From Macrostomum lignano (lineage: Eukaryota): a DNA stretch of 64,000 bases. A program made the translations under genes and the position numbers. Position 1 is the first letter of the stretch. Each line of letters opens with the position of its first letter. The notes under the pieces were generated by a model. It did not search any database. It was not told the origin of the DNA and saw nothing but the letters and a program-made list of their open reading frames with translations. Positions 13,501 through 21,257 of the stretch are shown piece by piece. The DNA lies in assembly GCA_002269645.1 (NCBI GenBank), contig NIVC01002437.1:62001-126000 (forward strand). The letters are read 5' to 3'.

Positions 13501-13770
13501 ATCTTTATCAGAATTGAAATGCAGTCAGTCAGTTTTTTCTCTAGCATTTTTACAATGCATTTCAGGTCGAAAATTTTGCTTGACCTTTGCAAAAAAGCAT
13601 GTTTTTCGAATAATTAATCCCTTTAAAATTGAGCAATTTCTTAGCCAAGATGCATGTACCGTCCCAGGAAAATTTCTGATCGAATGGTGCAAGTTTGAAG
13701 AAAATCGGTACAGCCATTTTTTCTCTAATCGATCACATAGACACAGACAGACCATTTTTAGTATATAGGA
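10504..13770 (-). mobile_element. Non-autonomous Helitron, copy 2 (directly head-to-tail with copy 1)
   Basis: Same termini and internal order as copy 1; longer because of larger arrays (~10637-11135 and ~11220-13190). The junction reads CTAG|TCCTATATAC on the minus strand. Confidence 0.8.
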
Positions 13771-13828
13771 ATTCAGCCAGTCAAGAATTCAACCTTGCTT
13801 GGCCTTCCATTAAAAGCATAGGGAAAAC

Positions 13829-14365
13829 TCGATTTTCGAATATTTAACACCTTTAAAATTGAATCAGATATAATAAATTTTAACTGTCTTCTTTTCAGAT
13901 AATTACGAATCTTTTGGCGAAAAAGCGATCAAAATTGGTCAAGAATTGCAATCTGTAGAGCGTTACAGACAAACCGATCTTAGACATTTAGAGCTGTCTT
14001 CCAGCATCCAGAATTTTTTATTATTTTTGACCCCTGGTATAATTGCGCAATTTAAATAGAGAAATTCTATTGGCAGTGGTTCACAGTGAGTTTTCTTTTC
14101 AGTTGGCTCTGACGCAATCATTAAAATTGGCTGTGAAGTCTCTCGCTGCGAGCAGGTTGATAAAAGTACATTGAATTCGCCCATTTAAAACAGTTTTTCG
14201 AAAATTTAATCCCTTTAGCATTGAAGCAGATGCAAGAAATTTTAACTGTCTTCTTTCCACACAATTTTGCATCTTTTGGCGAAAACGCGATCAAAATCGG
14301 CCAAGAATTGCAATCTCTAGAGAGTTATGGACAAGCAAGCAAGCAAGCAAGCATACAAACCTTAG
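13829..14365. repeat. Two related ~170-bp segments (~13829-13990 and ~14190-14365), probably remnants of another non-autonomous TE
   Basis: Both share ttttaactgtcttcttt...tcttttggcgaaaa.gcgatcaaaat.gg.caagaattgcaatct.tagag; the second ends in a (caag)n microsatellite. Confidence 0.55.
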
Positions 14366-14378
14366 AGATGTGTGGAGT

Positions 14379-15098
14379 ATTGCTCAGCATCGTTGCGACT
14401 GTGTATCTCAATATCTGGAATACCGATTAGAATGTAACACCCACAAGAGAAGGTTTAACACCGCAGGAAAATAGTCGACCGTGTTGCCTACCAATTTATT
14501 ATTATATCCAACAGCAAATAATAGTGACCCATAAGGGCCAAAGAGGAAGCAAAAGTATTCCCACACACCTGTATTCACACACACACACACACACACACCT
14601 GTATCCACACACACCTGTATTTACATACACCTGTATTCACATACACCTGTATTCACATACACCTGTATCCACACACCCCTGTATTCACATACACCTGTAG
14701 TCACACACACCTGTAGTCACATACACCTGTAGTCACATACACCTGTAGTCACATACACCTGTAGTCACATACACCTGTAGTCACATACACCTGTAGTCAC
14801 ATACACCTGTAGTCACATACACCTGTAGTCACATACACCTGTAGTCACATACACCTGTCGTCACACACACCTGTAGTCACATACACCTGGAGTCACATAC
14901 ACCTGTAGTCACATACACCTGTAGTCACATACACCTGTAGTCACACACACCTGTAGTCACATACACCTGTAGTCACATACACCTGTAGTCACATACACCT
15001 GTAGTCACATACACCTGTAGTCACATACACCTGTAGTCACACACACCTGTAGTCACATACACCTGTAGTCACATACACCTGTAGTCACAAACACGAGC
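14379..15098. repeat. Dispersed repeat copy 2 with 18-bp cacctgtagtcacata-type minisatellite
   Basis: See 6470-7175. Confidence 0.85.
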
Positions 15099-15494
15099 CA
15101 CTGCGCGAAAAGCTTTTATTTCGTGGCCAAAATGACAGATCTGTCTGTCATTTGCTCATCATGAATCCAGCACTGTATGTGTAAGTTCTGCGGCTGTTAC
15201 TCCAGATTCGCGTTCAACCTCTTCTGGGACAGGGCTAGGACTAGCCAGACCGGAAGTACCTTGGAGGGGGCGGACGCCATCTACAAGCGGGCTGGTAGTT
15301 GTGCAAACAGAAAATTTCTTAGCTAGTATAAATTACAGGTACGTGCAAGAGGCCAGGTCAGCTTACACGGGTTTCGTATGCGCTTGAATCTGTTTAACAT
15401 TCCTGCAGGTTCAAGCGAAAAACTCCAGCTGAACCACCTGGCGAAGGCTCCAACATCAAAGGGAACGAGGCGGCACCGGTGGAGCCTGAGAGCA

Positions 15495-16800
15495 ATGCTT
15501 CTTGGCGTCGCAGCGTACTGCACAGTCGTGGCCGTCATCTTATCAAAAACTTTGGCCAGCGATCCAAAATTTGGTCAGCTAGACAACGCGTGGTAAGGCG
15601 AAAGCATTAGCGTTAATTCCCAGTCGATTGCTTTTTAAAATGAACAAACCAATCATCGCTGCAGGCCACACCAGTCTGGTTACTTGGAGAAAGGTGGAAA
15701 GGTGCAAAAGGATTATAAACCGAATTCCGAGCCCTCACAACAGTCAGTCAACAGTCAAGGCCTGTCTGAATCGCTGCCAACTCAAAAACCGACGACTCTG
15801 CAGTACCGCGAGCGGTGCTGGCGCGCGAATTTCAGCAGCCCGGAGCGCCGCCCGGTCGACCACACGCCGCGGCCGTTCCTGCTCGGCGAATCTGCCGCTC
15901 GGTGCCGCGGCGACATCTTCCTGCTGATAGCCGTGCAGTCGGCGGTGCAGCACCGGGCCCGCCGCGACCTGATCCGCGCCACCTGGGCCGCCGTCACCAA
16001 CATCGGTGGCGACCGACTCCAGACGGTGTTCTTCGTCGGAACGACAAACGACAAACGACAAGCGGAGGCGCTGCGTCGAGAGAGCGACAGTCGAGCTGAC
16101 ATTGTGCAGGCCGACTTCGTGGACACCTACCGGAACCTCACCTATAAGCACCTGTACGCGCTCAGGTGGATCGCCGAGTCCTGTCGCTCGGTGCGCTACG
16201 TCATGAAGGTCGACGACGACGTTGTGCTGAATGTGTTCAGGCTGCGGGAGTCTCTGCGCGAGCTGGTCGGCTCGAGGACCGACGACTTCTTCTACTGCCA
16301 GGTGCGCGGTACAACGTTCGATGGCTGATTTGCTTCATTTGCTCACATTAAACGGGACTATCAAAATAATACTCGTATCTCTTCTTTTGTTGTAGGTGAG
16401 CCAGGTAAAGCCGATTCGAAACAAAAAGATAAAGTGGCACGTGACCTACGAGGAGTACCCGGACGATCGCTACCCTGACTACTGCAAGGGCTTCGGCTAC
16501 GTGATGAGCTTCGGTCTGATTGAGAAGCTGCACCAGTGCGCCAAGTGGCGGCGGTACTTCTGGATCGACGACGTGTTCGTGTCGGGGGACCTGGCGAGCG
16601 CGCTGGGAGCTCCGCGCATCCAGTGGGAGGACGGCTGGGGCGCCAAGCGGCTGCACCCTCGGCTGGCGGGTCCGGAGGCGAACCAGATGGTGCTGGCCAA
16701 CGCTGGTTCGAATGCAGTTGCGCCTTCGTTGAATCGGCGAGTGTGGCGAGCCATCGTCAGGTTCAGCGACTGGGGCTGGGAGAACGGCCTTGGCGGTTGA
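15495..16800 (+). CDS. GT31 beta-1,3-galactosyltransferase-like protein, paralogue 1 (type II membrane)
   Basis: Exons 15495-15592, 15665-16301 and 16396-16800 join in frame at GT/AG. Signal anchor MLLGVAAYCTVVAVIL; GT31 motifs LLIAVQS...RRDLIRATW, DFVDTYRNLTYK, MKVDDD (DxD), YPDYCKGFGYV, DDVFVSG. The true start may lie further upstream. Confidence 0.88.
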
Positions 16801-17648
16801 AACTACCCTTAATTTTTAGTAGATTGTCTTTAGTACAAAGTCTGCTTTTTGAATCGAATAAAAATTCAATTTTCAAACTGCTCTCCCATTCTGATGCCCG
16901 ATGGCCACCATTGCAGTGACCCAGTAGGAAATTTCGGTTGCGTGTGGCTGGTAACGGGGGGGGGCGTTGACAATATGTGACTAATGTTTTGTCGAATTTT
17001 CGACTTTGCTTACTAAAATCTGTATGAAATTTTACCAATCGGAACGTAATATCGAAAGAAAGTTGGAAAACAAAAAATAAATGAATTATCGGACTATCGG
17101 AAATGCTACGAACGATAGTATAGTTTTTGGCATCTGGTGACTTCAAAAAATTTTTTGCATTGGCTAATATTAAAAAGTCTGCTTGAAATTACTTAATTTC
17201 TCGTTTTGTGACTTCATTAAATTAGTAATAAGTCCAAAACTACATTTAGACTTCTGACAGGAAAACTAGGTAAAATCGAGCTTGCTTGGCCAATTCCTCA
17301 GACCAGTTTGAGCCACTCGACTCAGAATCATCATCCAGATGTTCCAGCCGCAGTTGTCGCTGAAGGTGACAAAGTCGCTGGTCGCTTCTGCTGCATGGCA
17401 GTTTCAGCCAATTGGGACTCCAACCACGCCAACAGACTGCCTGGGGGGGGTGTGGAGTGCACTCTCCATCACAATATAATAGCAGCAGATGCCAGAGGGC
17501 ACAGAGACAGGGCACAATGACAGAAATACCCATCCTTCCACTGCGTAAATGGGAAATCAGAGGGCACCGTTAGAGCATCGACGCGCTCTCTGTGCACCTG
17601 ATTGTGCTGACAGTCTGTCACCAGGATGCAGTTATTGTGAGTCACCAC

Positions 17649-17807
17649 GGATCGGCCGTTAGGCGCCCTCTGATTTGACATTCACGCCCTTAGAGCGTAC
17701 ATGTAGCTATTAATACACTATTAGTTAGGGCGGGCAAAAATGCCATTTCCAGTTTGAACTAATCAGTAAGAGAGACAGGAGAGAACTAGTTGACTGCTTC
17801 TCTGCCA
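17649..17807. repeat. ~157-bp dispersed repeat, copy 2
   Basis: Matches 7510-7667. Confidence 0.85.
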
Positions 17808-18303
17808 CACTGCTCAGAAAGTCGCTATACGTGTAGTGATGGCGAATTGACGCATGCTCCAATACACACGAGAATTATAGTTCTGTAGACTTACCCGGCT
17901 ACAAAAAGTTTAGCTAATGCGAGTACAAATTTAATCAGTCTCTCTATCCAACCTCTCGCAAAGATTTTTTAAACGGAATATATAACTGTAACTGATATTT
18001 CTTTATCTATAACTGAGTGCTTCGAGCCGAATAAAGCGCATATATGCGATACGTATGCAAAAAATTCGCATGCAGTGTCCAGGACTTGCTCGACAGTCCA
18101 AGAAACAGAATAATCATTTAAAACTCGCTACGTGCGAACAGGCAATTGCAGAGCAATAAAGTTAAAACCATTTTATTAGTTAAATAAAGTTCTATGAACT
18201 GATCTGATCTGTCTTGCAGTCAATCACGCCGAGAAAGTCCTCATCAGTCCCACTGGCGCCAGCTAAAATCTGCACTAAACGACATCGTTGGAGTCTTAGA
18301 GCC

Positions 18304-19642
18304 ATGCTCCTGGGAGTGGCAGTGTACTGCTCTTCAGTCGTGCTGATCATCCTGTCAACAACATCCGCCAGCAGCCCTCAGCCTATAAACGACATAGTCA
18401 GCATGTGAGAGCCTGCTAAATCTAGATCAAATTATTAACAGTATGTTGCCATGCCAACTGCACGAAAAGCATTTCTCCGTTCACCGCAGGCCACAACAGC
18501 CCAGCACTGTGGAGACGGACAGCAAAGCTACAAAGAATTTCCAACAAAATCGTCAGCCCACGCTGAATGCTGGCCACTCAATTGGCCAAAATCCGTCTAC
18601 ATCGCACTCGGTCGACAAAGACTTGAAGACTTCACCGACGACTCTGCAGTACCGCGAGAGGTGCTGGCACGCGAATTTCAGCAGCCCGGAGCGCCGCCCG
18701 GTCGACCACACGCCGCGGCCGTTCCTGCTCGGCGAATCTGCCGCTCGGTGCCGCGGCGACATCTTCCTGCTGATAGCCGTGCAGTCGGCGGTGCAGCACC
18801 GGGCCCGCCGCGACCTGATCCGCGCCACCTGGGCCGCCGTCACCAACATCGGTGGCGACCGACTCCAGACGGTGTTCTTCGTCGGAACGACAAACGACAA
18901 ACGACAAGCGGAGGCGCTGCGTCGAGAGAGCGACAGTCGAGCTGACATTGTGCAGGCCGACTTCGTGGACACCTACCGGAACCTCACCTACAAGCACCTG
19001 TACGCGCTCAGGTGGATCGCCGAGTCCTGTCGCTCGGTGCGCTACGTCATGAAGGTCGACGACGACGTTGTGCTGAATGTGTTCAGGCTGCGGGAGTCTC
19101 TGCGCGAGCTGGTCGGCTCGAGGACCGACGACTTCTTCTACTGCCAGGTACGAGACGCTCTGATTTTAGTAGGATTTCGTATCTACATTGATTGAGCGTC
19201 AATGTTAATGCATTGCTCGATCCTCTAGGTGATTAGGTCAAAGCCCATAAGAAATCGTCGGCACAAGTGGTACGTGGCCTACGAGGAGTGGCCAGGCGAT
19301 CTCTACCCGCACTACTGCAAGGGCTTCGGCTACGTGATGAACTTCGGTCTGATTGAGAAGCTGCACCAGTGCGCCAAGTGGCGGCGGTACTTCTGGGTCG
19401 ACGACGTGTTCGTGTCGGGGGACCTGGCGGTCGCACTCGGGGCTCCGCGCATCAAGTGGGAGGACGGCTGGGGCGCCAAGCGGCTGCACCCTCGGCTGGC
19501 GGGTCCGGAGGCGAACCAGATGGTGCTGGCCAACGCGGATGGGAACTTCATGGTGCCTTCGTTGAATCGGCGAGTGTGGCGAGCCATCGTCAGGTTCAGC
19601 GACTGGGGCTGGGAGGACGGCGATGCAGTCTATTCGGAATAG
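18304..19642 (+). CDS. GT31 beta-1,3-galactosyltransferase-like protein, paralogue 2
   Basis: Exons 18304-18404, 18442-19147 and 19229-19642 have the same intron positions and phases as paralogue 1, and the same GT31 motifs. The start may extend upstream (acceptor near 18219). Confidence 0.88.
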
Positions 19643-19862
19643 TGTCCCGATGCTTTATCAGGGACTGCTATGGTAAATTTATATCGCAGAGGTCCCAGGT
19701 TTTATGTAGTTTTATGTAACGAATCTTCTGAATTAAAAGAAAGCATGTTTTACTGAGGTGCACTGCACAAATGCAGCAAGCTTTTTTCATAACTCGCTAG
19801 GTCTCAAACAAACACATTTTTGGGTGGAAATTTTCGTCGTTCCTTACAGATAGAGGCGTAAA

Positions 19863-21017
19863 GGGGATGTCAACTTAAGCACCAGAATGGAGCCCGAAGT
19901 TCAGCTCCGGACCAAACCGACTGCAATCGATAACTTGTCGGCCCAGACGACTAGAATCGCCGAGACATCCCATCCGGCTCCCTTCCTTGGGGTCCCAGGG
20001 GATAAAGGGGATAAAATGGGGATCTCATGTCAACTTAAGGCTCTGGAATGGAGCCCGAAGTTCAGCTCCGGACCAAACCGACTGCAATCGATAACTTGTC
20101 GGCCCAGACGACTAGAATCGCCGAGACATCCCATCCGGCTCCCTTCCTTGGGGTCCCAGGGGATAAAGGGGATAAAATGGGGATCTCATGTCAACTTAAG
20201 GCTCTGGAATGGAGCCCGAAGTTCAGCTCCGGACCAAACCGACTGCAATCGATAAGTTGTCGGCCCAGACGACTAGAATCGCCGAGACATCCCATCCGGC
20301 TCCCTTCCTTGGGGTCCCAGGGGATAAAGGGGATAAAATGGGGATCTCATGTCAACTTAAGGCTCTGGAATGGAGCCCGAAGTTCAGCTCCGGACCAAAC
20401 CGACTGCAATCGATAACTTGTCGGCCCAGACGACTAGAATCGCCGAGACATCCCATCCGGCTCCCTTCCTTGGGGTCCCAGGGGATAAAGGGGATAAAAT
20501 GGGGATCTCATGTCAACTTAAGGCTCTGGAATGGAGCCCGAAGTTCAGCTCCGGCCCAAACCGACTGCAATCGATAACTTGTCGGCCCAGACGACTAGAA
20601 TCGCCGAGACATCCCATCCGGCTCCCTTCCTTGGGGTCCCAGGGGATAAAGGGGATAAAATGGGGATCTCATGTCAACTTAAGGCTCTGGAATGGAGCCC
20701 GAAGTTCAGCTCCGGACCAAACCGACTGCAATCGATAAGTTGTCGGCCCAGACGACTAGAATCGCCGAGACATCCCATCCGGCTCCCTTCCTTGGGGTCC
20801 CAGGGGATAAAGGGGATAAAATGGGGATCTCATGTCAACTTAAGGCTCTGGAATGGAGCCCGAAGTTCAGCTCCGGACCAAACCGACTGCAATCGATAAC
20901 TTGTCGGCCCAGACGACTAGAATCGCCGAGACATCCCATCCGGTTTCAAGTGACGAAGCTCTATTCTATTCGAATATCGCATTAGCGGGTGTATTTTATT
21001 TTAGCTATTATATATTG
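19863..21017 (+). repeat. Left TIR (1155 bp): 6 full plus 1 partial 161-bp units and ~75 bp unique inner segment
   Basis: Period 161 (ORF starts 19887, 20048, 20209...). The inner unique part ggtttcaagtgacgaagctctattc...gctattatatattg is mirrored at 24805-24880. Confidence 0.95.
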
Positions 21018-21257
21018 TTTGCATTGTAATATTTCCGTCGTTTAATTTTTCCGGATTTTTGAGAATGTTTTCGCGGTTTTGATTTGACCACTTTAGGCGA
21101 GAGATTTTTGATACTGTGCGTCAAGTATTTGTAGCATTAGTTTAAGTGATATATTTTAAGTGATATATTAATGAAGTTAAGGTTTTGGTCAGTTTTTCTT
21201 ACTTAGTTTTATGACAGGTGCAGATTTGTTGCAGATTGCGTTTTATACTTGCTAGTA

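Noticed and set aside
19887-20985. Series of 122-aa ORFs (MEPEVQLRTKP...), mirrored at 24804-27003
   Set aside because: They are translations of the 161-bp TIR unit in rotating frames; each stops in the third unit and there is no protein motif.
19863-21017. 161-bp array as a CRISPR-like or tandem RNA gene (5S/tRNA) array
   Set aside because: Units are identical along their whole length with no unique spacers, I recognise no 5S or tRNA signature, and the DNA is eukaryotic.
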